Positions 12,901-25,560 of a stretch of 64,000 nucleotides of DNA are shown piece after piece. The number at the start of each line of letters is the position of its first letter. Position 1 is the stretch's first letter. The notes beneath the pieces were generated by a model. The model was not told the DNA's origin, did no database searches, and was given only the letters and a program-made list of their open reading frames with translations. Made by a program: the position numbers and the translations under genes. Origin of the DNA: Glaucostegus cemiculus (lineage: Eukaryota); contig CDPCPM010000076.1 of the NCBI GenBank assembly GCA_976551045.1, positions 18,228,001 to 18,292,000 on the forward strand, written 5' to 3'.

Positions 12901-13379
12901 CATTTTATCTAAGGAAGAAATTAGATGTGCAAGGGTTGAAAAATACACAACTATCTATTTCTTAAAACTCTTCTATATCACCTTTGAACGATCCTCTCTG
13001 ATGGACTCCCCAAATCCCTCTCCATTCCTGATTTAGTTTGTTGTTGATTCCCATTTGGTAGGAATTGAAAGGGATGGGTGTGGGGTAGATTTCAGGATGA
13101 TACTGGGAACCCACAAAAGTTAATCATGAATGGGATTGGAAAAGCAAAGTCAGTGGAGTTCCCAGTTGGGGCTTGGAAACCAGTGGCTGTGGATGCCCAA
13201 AATATCCTTCTGGGACCAAGACTACATGAGCTCTCCTGCACCTCTTGGCTTGCAAGATACTTTTTGGTCATTAAGGTAGGGGTGGCAGGAATACAGCATG
13301 AATTTCTCTCATCGTCTTAACTGCCAACCGCCCCGCACTCACCAAGCAGTTAGGTAATGAAGTGGAGGTGGGTGGTTTA

Positions 13380-13526
<147 letters not shown>

Positions 13527-16500
13527 CTATAAAATAAAAAGCAACATTAACTATGTTAAGTCGATGTTAAAGCAGCACTCTAGATCCATTCAAACACCTT
13601 GTCAAATAAATAATGCTAGACAAGCTTTTGAATATTTTATGAAGGAGACTGTAGAGTACAGTAACTAACCCAAGTCTTGACTGATTGCCTTGGATATTTG
13701 GGAAAGCAATGATGAAGTTTTGATGTAAATTTGTTCTTTTTTCTTTTGTCTGTCCAGCCAAATTGTTAATTTGTTCTTTGTGGAATCTTTGTAATTATCC
13801 TGTGTGTAAGACTCTGGACTTATCTAGTCTGCAAATATGTGGGCAAACCTCTCCGAAGGTGTTGCTTTGTGGGTTGCAGAGCTTTGAGTGAGGCTTCTAC
13901 TCGGTAAGGATCCTAGAATGCTATAAGTATCTAAAATTACCTTAAGGACACAGAATTTCCCACCAGCACTGAACTGCCTGCTCTTGTCATTGAAATCCGT
14001 AAGTTGTTAAGTTAATGGTTACTGTCAACATGCATTTTGCAAGCCAGCTCCACCCTCAGTGGTCCTGTGTGGCAATAGTGCATTGCATAATATTATTGTC
14101 ATATGATGGAGCCAGAACTAGCCTTGAAACAACTAAATGAACTTTAACAACTAGCAAAGCCATATCCACATCTAAGCCATTCAGAAGCATTGAAAACATT
14201 CAAAAACTATTAAAAATCAAACAATTAAAGAAAAATATTTTAAAATATGAAAATATTGAAACACTTTTATATAACTAAAAGCATTTCATTAAATATATTA
14301 CTAAACTCAGTTAATTTAGATGATATAAATTATCTCATGTTTACTTTTTTTTGCTTGCAATAATTCTTCTCCAATCAATTAAATAGAGACACTGTTCCTG
14401 CACAATTGGGAAATAATCATGGGAATCCCAAACTTGGTGCATGTGCTGGCATTTCTGTGAAGAGTTGCTAGGGTTTTCCCATGATTTTCGACTCAAAGTT
14501 GTTTTGTAATTGCATGCTCGATGTAGAGTCTTTGCTGAGAAATGAGGTGGATGCATTCAGGCGAATAACAAGGAAACTACACAAGTGGTCAATATAGTCA
14601 AGTTCATAAATTAACCATGACAGAAAATGTTGCTATTGCTGTGGAGGCTCTTCTGACTCATTTGTGGGAGGAGGAATGCTAACTTTGCAACTGTATCTCG
14701 GGATAGGCTTCATGTTGCCATGATATATAAGAAGCTCTTTGATTTACCCTGTGGAGGTGACCAGTCTGTAACTGCCTGTGATATTGTAAAGCAAACATAT
14801 CATGTCAAGTAAGTAGGTGATTGTTTCATAAACCATGCTAAAAGACTCATTGTCCTTAAATGATTGCAATTTACTTTTACTCAGTGGCTGTATCTATGAA
14901 GTGGTGAAAGATATGTTTTTACACAAAGATCCATTTTGTAGTTTGCTCACTACACATCCCTAACTGAATGAGCACTAACATGAAAATACCTAGAAAGATT
15001 TAAATGTGATACCAGAAAAAGAACAATAAATATTTCATCAACTTACAATATTAATTTGCGATAGCTCCCAAACTTCCCTGTCAATTGATTGCATCAGTAG
15101 TATGCTACTGGATCGGACAATCCTTTAAATAAACATTTTAATGTCAGTGTGCACTTCATGCAAAATGAGCTATACCTATTAAGAGGAAATATTTTATACT
15201 TTGCTGCACTGTCAGTGGAGCTGATCTCCTGCCAGAGGCAGTTAGTTTATGTCTCATGTGTGGTCATGTGTTTGAAAAGCCTATAAATTCTGACAGTCTT
15301 AAAGGATATTGGGGATTCTGAGCCAATATTCAACTTTTTTCTTACATTTTCATTTCACAAATCTTAGCTGAACAAATGGGATGAATGACTATTAATCTTA
15401 ATTCTAAAGAACAGCCTACAGCTTTTGACAGATTTGGCAAGAAAATACATTTCCAGTTTCGAGATCCAATACAATTGGAACTTTAATAGACACAACAAAA
15501 TCTGTGATATTGTGATGGGAATCTGTAAAGAGCCTCAGCACTTCTCAACAACAATCTGTGTTTATAATATAGTCACAATCCATCGCATGCTCAACAAGAC
15601 TAATGTTATATTTTTGGCAAAAAATCCATTTAAATCTTAAAACAGTCTTGAGAAATTCAGTCTATATTCCTTCCTCTGGTGATCTTGCCTTTACCTTTGC
15701 ATCACAGAAATTAGTACTAATCCTCCTTCTGGTTGTTCCTGCCAGCAACATCAGGAACTTGCAGATGATTTTGCCATTAAGTCTTTTCCTGAAATTTCCA
15801 TATGCAATCGTAATTGTTAGCAACAACAAACATGTGCTTGTTCTCTCAGTACACTTTCTAGGCTGTAATTTTGTCCTAATTCTTTGTGACATCACACACT
15901 GATGGAAGGCTGTTGAGGGAGGGAGAAAACTTCCTGTCTGCTCTATGTCAAAAATAAACTCAAATGAATTCTTTATCATCTTATTTATAATTTAGTTATG
16001 ATTAAAAGAAAACATTTTATTTCATTTTCCAAGATATAGCTCATTCCAGTAAAATGGAGGCAGCAATTAAAACTAAAGCAGAAACATATTTCTTCCCTGT
16101 GCTTAATTAATTAGTTGAAATAAGCAGTAAATAAGCTGTGACAGTAAAAGCTCTCAGCAATGCAAGCTTGTTTACCTTTACTCACCCAGCGGTGCCCGCT
16201 GGTTGTTAATTATATTTATTCCTCCACATTTAATTTTCATTTTATTCATTACTCTGCTTAATTGGGAGATAAGTCAGGGATTTTTGTCTTTTGTGTTTGC
16301 CACGCTGTGATCTTCAACCCATTTGCAGAAAAATATAAATCCTTTGAATCAAAATTTAGGGAAGGTGAAAAGAGTAAAAGGATAAGTTTCAGAATACACA
16401 AACAAGTCATTCCACTTAATTAACAAAGAATATAGATGTAATTACCTGAATTGTTGGCTCTTAGATTAACAGCTTTTACTGAAATTAAATTAGAAAGCTA

Positions 16501-16859
16501 TGTGATGCTTGAATCTGGCCATTAATGTTTTGCAATATTTAGGTTAAATTTGCTGATAAATTGCTTCCTGAATCTGTCACCTGGATCACAGGTCATTAGG
16601 CCACACCTGCATCCAACAATGGTTTCCTCATATCATAATGTGAGCTCTGCTGTTTGCATGAACTATCCCCAGCACATTAAAGCATATTGGATCAGCATGT
16701 ACCATATAGATTGATTGTTGGAAGTTAAGTGGAGGGAGTTAATGAGGCATCCTGTGAACTGCCAGTGTGTTTTGGCAAATGTAATTCCCATGTCACAACC
16801 ACTCCTTTCTTCACTTACTGGAGGAAACAAGGTCTATTTACTATTAGAACATGGGAGGT

Positions 16860-17130
16860 CTGTGAGTGGAGCTGGGGTCTAAAGGGTGGATTGGGGGTAT
16901 GGCTGGAGCTAGGTTCTGGAGTGTAGGCTGGTTGTATGGTTGGAACTGAGTTCTGAAGGGTGGGCTGAGTGTGTGCTTGGAGCTGGGTTCTGGAGTGTGT
17001 GCTTGGAGCTGGGTTCTGGAGTGTGTGCTTGGAGCTGGGTTCTGGAGTGTGTGCTTGGAGCTGGGTTCTGGAGTGTGTGCTTGGAGCTGGGTTCCAGATT
17101 GTGGGCTGGGTATACAGCTGGAGCTGGAAC
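16860..17130. repeat. 26-bp minisatellite (GAGTGTGTGCTTGGAGCTGGGTTCTG)
   Basis: Four perfect units at 16967-17070 plus a nearly complete fifth to 17094; degenerate units on both flanks. Confidence 0.95.
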
Positions 17131-18156
17131 AATGGTTAGTGTCAAGATTAGAAACATTGGAGATCAGAGATGTGGGTAGGTTTACATACTGGCTGAAACT
17201 GAAACTTAAATAGAAGTTGACATATTCATGGAGGGGTTGACCACTGTACCTCATTGCAGCCTTAATATGGTGCACTTTTTTGTTATCTGTGGGAGGTCCA
17301 GCTCCCTGCGAAAATGAAGACCCAGTATATAAAAAGTCTTTCTGCTGATTTCTCCTTCAGTATCTGCTCCAAAGGATTGTGTTGTAGCAAAGGTCTATGA
17401 TGCCTAATATACCCTAATGGGCATAGGATTTGAAGAATATTTACAGTTTTTCCTCAGGCTGCTAAGGCAAGATGTTATAAGCACTTCCAGCTCTGTCCAA
17501 TAGAAAAGGTGCTGGATGTTGCAAAGTTAATCCCATTTTGTTAGTAACATTTATTTATGCATTATTTCTGTTTTCTAATTTGATAATAGAGTATAAAATA
17601 AACCCCAGATAGAGCACTAGTAACTTCAATCATTCCAGATACACAGTTAAAACTGAATGTGTCTGCTAATTCAACGTCGGTAATGAATTTATTACATGAT
17701 ATTTTCTTTCTCTTTCTTTCTACTTAACTGAAGATAATCACACTGAATTGTAGTGAAAGCTATCCAGTGTTTGAGGATGAAGCGACAGATTGACCTTCCT
17801 TGCTCTGTAAGAATACGATGGTTTAGTTGGCGAGTTCAAATTGTAAATGCCTTACTCATAGGAAAGGGACTAAATTCCAATGATCTATTAAAATCCAGAT
17901 TTGTAATCTCAAAAGGGAAATCAAAATTATACAGCATAATGTATAACGAATGGAGATTTCAGCAGATATTAATTTAAGTGGAGCACCCAACTGTTGCTTT
18001 GCCATGATGAGATAATTCAGTTTCGCTCAGGAAACAGGCCAGGAATATTTTCGAATACTGAGGTACATCTGCCAGTTGATGCTCCTGGGGATTTTGAATC
18101 ATACCTTGTTAGACAGCATACATGCTATATATAATAGAATTAAGGAGCACACTCAC

Positions 18157-18202
18157 TTGATAAGGCTGTAGGACAGTCAGAATGATGGAGTCCTTGCCAT
18201 TT
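18157..18202 (-). CDS. FRMPD3: FRMPD3 46-nt exon, PDZ C-terminal strand (NGKDSIILTVLQPYQ)
   Basis: Acceptor tttttttaatag, donor CAA|gtgagt, phase 2 to 0; it restores the frame between the flanking exons. Confidence 0.93.
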
Positions 18203-19789
18203 CTATTAAAAAAAGTATAAAATATACTTGTTATTGGAGACAGACACAGAGTTTGGAAATTTAACTACAAACAGCATTTCAGAATATATAAAATAAAAAC
18301 ATTTCTTTTGCTTTATTCTGTCATATAAATTTCATTGAAAGTGAGTACAGTACACATAATAAGAAATAAATTCTAGTATTGAAAATACACTAAATCTATG
18401 TCAAAACTAATTTGACATCATTGGTTCTTTGCTATTCTGTGGTTTATTGCTTGATCAAATGATAACTAAAATCAAATATGTCATTGGGAGAAGTGTAAGC
18501 TCCAATTTAATACTTTGGATTTGAAGGCCTGCATAGCTGAGTTTGTGGAGAAACAACCAGGATTGTTACAAGCCCATCTGTCCCCTCACAAGTGGATTGG
18601 TTTGCCAGTCACTTAATTTAAAGTTCACAGTATATTTGCCTGGCCTGTGTGAACCCTCCTTTTCGAGAGTGATGGAGATGAAAGAATTCTGCAACTTTTA
18701 GAGGGCTGTTTTCTTGTGTTGCCTGAAACATATTGCTGCTGGGACCATTGGAATTGTGTCTTAAAGTTTGAAGGTGTTGTTGGAGTAAATGTGTTGCAGT
18801 AAAGTTGTCATTATTTTGGATGTGGAGAACATTTAAATTGGAGCCAATGAACAGGTGGCAATGAAGGAATAGACAAGAGGTGATACAGGCTTTCATATAA
18901 ACAGATTGAGTGAGGAAAATGATGTAGTGTGTCTTCTGGGGTACATGAAAATGTTCTCACTAAAGATTGAGAATGCTTGCACTGTGCATATGCATTGAAT
19001 TAAGCTAACGTTTTGGTGCTATATTTGCAATGCACCCTCAAAAGCACAGGTCATATTCATCATATCTGAGATCACAAATACTATCTTTAAAGCTGCAGTT
19101 CAAACTTGGTGGTTACTTGAAGGGAAAGCTTCCATTAGAGACCTTGTTTGCCTGCTGACGATGTAACACAGTAACAGTTTATCTGACAAAGTGAGGATGG
19201 CATATCCAAGATTTCCTTAAATACAGCCAAGGAGCCTGAAGACAGTAGCTCTTGACTGTAGCTTGGTGCTACATACCTGAAGTACAAATGGACCTGCCTA
19301 GCTATACATGTCTTTCTCCTTCAAATTCACCAACATTTTTTAATGGCTGTGGGGTGGTAGGTGATTGGTAGGTCCATTAGCAGTCCTTTGGAATGTTCCA
19401 GGTCTGGATTGTCCTTACAATTATGGTTAGCAGTTGATGCCTGCAACAATGGTGTGGCTGGAAACCTTTCACAAAAATAGTACCATATTGTAAACCTTCA
19501 ACAGAAAGGTTTATTTGCAAGAACATCAAGATAGAAATAGTTGTTTGAGAACTCTAATAAAGAAGCAAAAGCCAGCCTTATGAAAAATAATCATCCCTAG
19601 AAGCAAGGTATAATGCACTCTGACTTTTCATCTTAGACATTAGTATAAATTGTGAATACTTAAAGGCAGAACACTGGTTTCTGGGTTATCCCATTGACAG
19701 TTTGGCTCATCTACTCCTACTCTCTGTTTTCTGTGTTTTCATGAAATACCTATTCATGCTAATATATTACCTCCAATCTTGCAAACTCT

Positions 19790-20395
19790 TACTTTTGTAA
19801 CAACTTGTGTAGTATCTTATCAAATAACTTCTTACATCACATCATTGATTCTACTTACCTACCTACTGCTTGCCACTGTATATCCTCAGAAAAATTTGAC
19901 TTGGTAAGCCAATCAGTTTTGATTCCAAATTGATTCTGCCTAATTATATAATTTTCAAAGTGCCCTGTTGGAACACCCTTATTACTGGATGCCAGCATTT
20001 CCCCCCAAGAAATGTCATTTTAATTGGTCTCATGTTAACTATTTTGAATGGTGAGGTTACCTAGGCTACCTTTCAATCTGCTAGCATTGCTTCTTGGTCA
20101 ATGAAATTTTGAAAGATCCTTCGGTATTACCTCCACCATCTATTTAGCCATCTTTCTCAGAACCTTGGATGCAGGCTATCAACTTCAGGGGAGTGTTTGG
20201 CTTTCACTCTCTTCAATTTTTTCAGTATATTCTCTTCACCAAAATTAATAATTTAAAGTTATTAAAACCTTGTGTCTTCTGTAGTGAAGACTGACAGAAC
20301 ATAATTTTGTGATATTTTAGCCATTTGTTTACTTCCCATTATAATTTCCCTTGGATTTGCCTATAATTTCCCCTGGAACTGTAAGCAAAATTGTT
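19790..20395 (-). mobile_element. Decayed CR1 ORF2 fragment
   Basis: Reverse complement reads K.SP..D.LHPR.L (cttggatgcaggctatcaacttcagggga) and has NxRPI-like remnants; T-rich plus strand. Confidence 0.6.
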
Positions 20396-20399
20396 TATT

Positions 20400-20590
20400 A
20401 TAGAATCATAGAACAGTACAGTACAATACAGGCCCTTTGGCCCACAATGTTGTGCCAACCTTTAAACCTCACCTAAGACTATCTAAGTTCTTCCTACCAC
20501 ATAATATCCCTCTATTTTAAATTCCTTCATATGCTTATCTAACAATCTCTTGAATTTGACCAATGTACCTGCCTCCACCACCGCCCCAGA
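20400..20590 (-). mobile_element. CR1/HER1-type 3' tail
   Basis: tagaatcatagaacagtacagtacaatacaggccctttggcccacaatgttgtgcc is the typical reverse-complemented CR1 3' end with a short repeat tail. Confidence 0.8.
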
Positions 20591-20619
20591 ATCTTTGCAA
20601 CTATCTTCCTTTTCATAAA

Positions 20620-22920
20620 TGAAAATGGAAAATATTGTAAATACTCAGCAGTCAGGTGATATCTGTGAAGAAAGAAAGAGCTAAAGTTCTAGGCCAATGA
20701 TATATTATCAGAATTAAGAAAAATATTAATCAAACATGTTTGAAATTGCAGAAGAGAAGAAGGTGTGGAGAATGTCTGTGATTGGGTGGAAATCAAGAGG
20801 TACTGAATGACACAAGTGGTGTTGGTGCTGGCTAAGAGAGGATGGTGAAAGTGTGTTATTTACAGCTAATCTGTCTGGAGGAAGTATAAATAGAAGGAGA
20901 TGAATAAGAATGGAGGAGAGAAAAAAATACAATGCTGGAACTGTAAAATACAAAAGACTGTGGTTGCTGGAAATCTGAAATAAAATAAAATGCTGGCAAA
21001 ACTCAGTGGTCAGATAGCAAACGTCGAGAGAGAAAAGGTTATCAGGCAGTAATGTTAACTCCATTATTGTTACAGGTTGATAACGTTTCATCAAAATTGG
21101 CCAGCTTTGACCAAAAATAAATGGAAATAGTTAAATTCAAACATGAGTCCTGAAGACTTGGAAGATGAGATGCTCTTCCTAAAGTTTATGTTGGCTTCAG
21201 TGCCACAAGATTAGTCCATAGTCAGAGAGGTCAGAGTGGTCATGGTTTGGAGAAGTAAAGTGACTGGCAATTAGATGTTCAGGATCACCCTAGCTGATTG
21301 AATAGGAATACTCTGCAAATTGGTCACTGAATCTGTGTGTTGGCCCCTCCAATGCAGAGGACACCACACACTGAATACAATTTACTAAATTGGAAACAGT
21401 ACAATAGAATTGCTGCTTCACTTGGAAACACTACTTGGGTCCCAGGATGGAGGGAATGGAAGAAGTAAAAGACCAATAGATGCAGTTGAGATTCCTGTAA
21501 ACTATGATGGTGGGGACACCATGGTTAAGAAGAAAGGAAGACATCTTGGAATTACTGGCATGGATGATGTTGTCAATAGGACAGATATGACTGAGCTGGA
21601 GAAATTGGAAGAAAAAATGGAGCCCTTATAGGAAACAGCGTGGGAGGAGGTGAGATAGCTGAGGCAATCTATGGGGCTTGTAAGCTACCACTTGAGATGA
21701 AAACAGAAAAAAGAAAGGGAAGAGGCAGAGATAGATCAGATAAATGGAAGAGCAGGTTGGAAATTGGCAGCGAATGCAATTTAGCTCTTTGAGACCTCTC
21801 CTAGAGTAGGAAGCAGCACCAATACTGTCATAAATGTGCCAAAATAAAATTGAGAGAAAGTTTTGAGTAGGATTGAAACGAGGACAGATAAACATATCCC
21901 ATGAAGAGCCAGGCAAAGCTTAGACCCATGTAGGTCTCTGTAAATTTGGAGTAAGTGAGTAGAGTTAAAGGAGGTTGTACAACAAGACAAGGAATTCAGC
22001 TCAATAAAGGAAGGTGGTGGTAGAGAGAGGCTGGTTGAGCTTCTGTTCCAGGAAGAACCCAAGGATTTTCAGCCCATCGTGGGAGGGAATGGAGTTGTAG
22101 AGGGACTGGACGCCCATGATGAAAATGAGCTAATTTGGACTAGGAAATTAGAAACCATTAAAGTAGTAGAGAGTGTCGAAGGTGTAACAGATGTAAGTGG
22201 ACGAGAACAATGAGTTTAGTGAAACAGTCCTGCTTGTGCATCTTGGGGAGTGTGATTGTCGGCTGTGAAGGGAAGATATCTAAAGCAAATGAGCTAAAAA
22301 CTGTTTAGGAAACAATGACCCATTGTAATGGATATTGCTTGTTAATCTATCCTCTAAGATGGAGATGGAGAAAGGGAAGGAAAGAACAGAATTGGACCAG
22401 ATGAAAGTGATAATAAATTGCATATTGGCAGCAAAGATGGTGAAAGTTATGATGAAAGATCATTAACATGTAACATTAATTCCATTATTCTTTCTCTACA
22501 GTTGCTGCCTGACATGCTGGATATTTCAAATGTTCTCACTTGTTTAAAATTTTCAGCAACTGCAGTGTTTTGTATCTCAAGTTCCAGCACTTTCTTTCTT
22601 TTTCCTCTGTTCTCAATCATCTCCTTCTATTTACAATTCATCCAGGCAGATCAGCTATAGCTGGCATCACTACCAGTTGTGCTAGTTAGTCTTTACAGGT
22701 CTTCATCCTATCACAGACATTCTTTTTGTTCACTCCACGCCTCAACTTTCTCTGCAACTTGAAACATATTTGATCTTGAACATTTCCTATTTTGATAAAT
22801 GGTCATCGACATGAGGCATTTATATTCTGTCTCCCTCCACAGATCCTACCTGGCCTATTGAATATTTCTAGCATTTTCTGCTTTTATTTCAGATTTCCAG
22901 CATCTGCAGTTGCTTGTTTC
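20620..22920 (-). mobile_element. Penelope-like element (RT plus GIY-YIG) remnant with inverted terminal repeats
   Basis: Minus-strand remnants TYMGLSFAWLFMGYV (cf. GTRMGPSYACLFVGYV), HIYDSIGAA (cf. RYIDDCIGA), YKP..., and CGVLCIG../HRFSDQFAEY (cf. CGLLYIGETKRRLGDRFAEH). 20625-20800 is the reverse complement of ~22700-22890. Confidence 0.85.
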
Positions 22921-24699
22921 TCCTTCTTACAATGTTGCTGAAGTTCTCACAAACTTTTTAAAAAAATAAATTCCTTTGCTAATGTATTCTCAAATGTGAT
23001 CATCTCACTCTTTGTATCAATTTTTATGCTATTATGGGAAAAGCCGGGTTCAGAGGCCAGGAAAAAATGGGAAATTCACTGTGGAAAACATTTACATTAA
23101 TTATCATAAAAAGCCAGGCACACAGAAAGCATTTTCTTGGAACAGAAAGCAACATTTTATTGAAATCTGAGGAAAATGCAGCCAGTGATCATGCTTTGAG
23201 CTTGATTCTACACCGTGCTGCCCCTGATAAGCCATTCCCGAAATTAAGCATTGGGCAATTAGCCAAATTATATGGAAAAATGCACGTGTTAATGAAATTC
23301 AAGTCTAAAATATCACTGTAATATTTTACAATTTTTATTTTGACAATTTTTTATTACAACTATATGGGAAAAATGAAAGTACACTAGATGTATTTACTGA
23401 TAATCAGCTATTGATATGATTTTTAAAGAGGGTTGTTTGAAAAATTCATCATTATGGTGTGGCAGAAACTGAAGCATATTTGTGACTCTGCCACAGGTTT
23501 ACTGAATGCTAAATTCATCTTCTATGTTACTGCAAAACACCAGTTTCTCTTTGTTTACTAGCATTATGTACTTATAAAAGCACTGGCAATTGTACTCTCC
23601 AGCAGAACTACATGCAGAGATGAGTAGAATAGGTCACTGATACTCTTGGATGCCCTTGATATCATTAATTTAAGATGAATTCCTTACTACCAATACCCAG
23701 AACATGATTTGCTTTAAGTTGTGTTATTGATTAAATTCCAATGTTTTTATTTGTAAATAGCAGAAATAGGCTTATTCTGCTCAATTTACCTAGTTCAGGA
23801 AATTCAGTTGGCATTTTTGTACAGTTTGATATTTGGCAAATAGGATAGTCACAGGATGACATCATTCATCATGCAACATTTGCCTGGAGCATGGACAACT
23901 AAATTTGGGTCACCTTCCTCTCTTTTAGGAATGCTGTGGAGCTATCACAGTGAACCTGAACTTCATGGTGCTTTTTGCGTTAATCAAGGGGCACTCCGCC
24001 ACTTTATGCTTACTTCTACAGTGCTGCACTGCAGTTTGGAGACTACTTGGGCACAGGGAATGAGTGCAAGGTATTTTGTGACTGTGCATGAGGTGCACTG
24101 CTATTTCTCCAGTTATTATTTTCTTTGCTGGAGTGCTTCTGTAGTGGTCCCACTGTGTGTTCAGCATGAGCTGAAGCAACAGAATAGGCATGAGAGTTGA
24201 GCAGAATTGCTTAGGTACTCCATGGGAGAAGGTGAATAAGGGGACATGTTCATGGACCTTATCCACCAGGAGCATTCAGGGAATCACACACCTATCCCCA
24301 GTTCTCAATGAATCCAGGGACTGAGATGTTCTGTATCATAGGTGACAGAGATCCCACAAAGTCAGAATTCCAGCCACACACCCATGCCTGGAATGCTGTC
24401 CTGTAGATATGAAACTTACCATCACTTTGAATCATTTCAAGTGACTGCTGCTCATTTTGCATGGGAATTTTCCTTGAGCAGATACCAGCAGGCAGACTGG
24501 GCAGATGGATTTGTAAGGATAGCAGGCTTCCTGTGGTTTTAAGGAGTAATAGGTTGCACTCACATGGAGCTTTGGATTGCTAGACAACCTGGAGCACCCA
24601 AACTTTCTCCTGGTTAGTGTGATGTTTCCAGGGATCTTCCTTGATGTTTTTATTCACAGATGTATGACTGTGCCTGCCATTTTTCAAACATCAGGCTAC

Positions 24700-25560
24700 A
24701 TTGAAATTTTGAAGTCAAGGCCCATTCATTTCTTCCTTAGCTCTTAACTCAAGTAAATGCGGCCAATTGCCTTATAAGGATTGAATAAGACCACCAGGAG
24801 CCTGGTGAAAACTTCCAAAGGGGTTCTCAAGATGAAATTTTGATATCTGCATCCCAGAGAAGATTGGATGCTTGCATGATCCACAACCTTACATTTGGGG
24901 TTCAGACATTGACTGGAGCATTCCAACAGCAGGAGTAAATGGAGGAAGAGGTAGCAGAGGAGGTAGCAAAATGGGAGCATGTAGACCAATGTCTATGGAG
25001 GGAATCCTTCTCAGAATGTGCTGTCAGGACATGTTTATTACCTGGCAATTCTGTTGAGGACCCCTCTGTACAATTGCTGTATCTTGGCAGGGAGGTATTA
25101 ACTGGGACTATGATGGCTGACATCACCTGGCTTTAGTGTTTGATGCCCAGAGTGAGAGCTTAACATGTGAGTCTGACATTCCTTTCAAAATAAGTAGGTC
25201 TCACATACAGTTACTTTTGCAAACCAAGAACAATGTCAACACTAAAAGCTGCAAGTAGCTTGCAGGCAGCCAATCACTGATCATTACAAGCAAACATGTT
25301 CTGTCAAAGAACTTCTTCAATTCCTCAGCTGGTGAAAGCATGACTCTCTTACCTCAATAAAGGCTTCTGCATTAAGTTACTAAACAGTCTCAATGGGTCC
25401 CAAGGTTATGAAAGGCAATAACATGACAGACTTGTCATCAGCACCTGGTGTCATAAGAACTTTCCAGCATACACAGGGGGATCATTGAGTGCAATCAACT
25501 GGCTTCATTGAAATTCCTTTGACAGAAGGGTCTGATTTACATTTTTGCATTTGCTACTAG
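24700..25560 (-). mobile_element. Possible very old PIF/Harbinger transposase remnant
   Basis: Only weak motif echoes (VDCT, GD.S, IxxxFG-like) on the minus strand; heavily degraded. Confidence 0.3.

Noticed and set aside
16815-17275. Several overlapping ORFs up to 143 aa, and a CRISPR-like look
   Set aside because: They arise from a 26-bp tandem repeat with no stop codons in several frames; there are no unique spacers or cas genes, and the context is a vertebrate intron.
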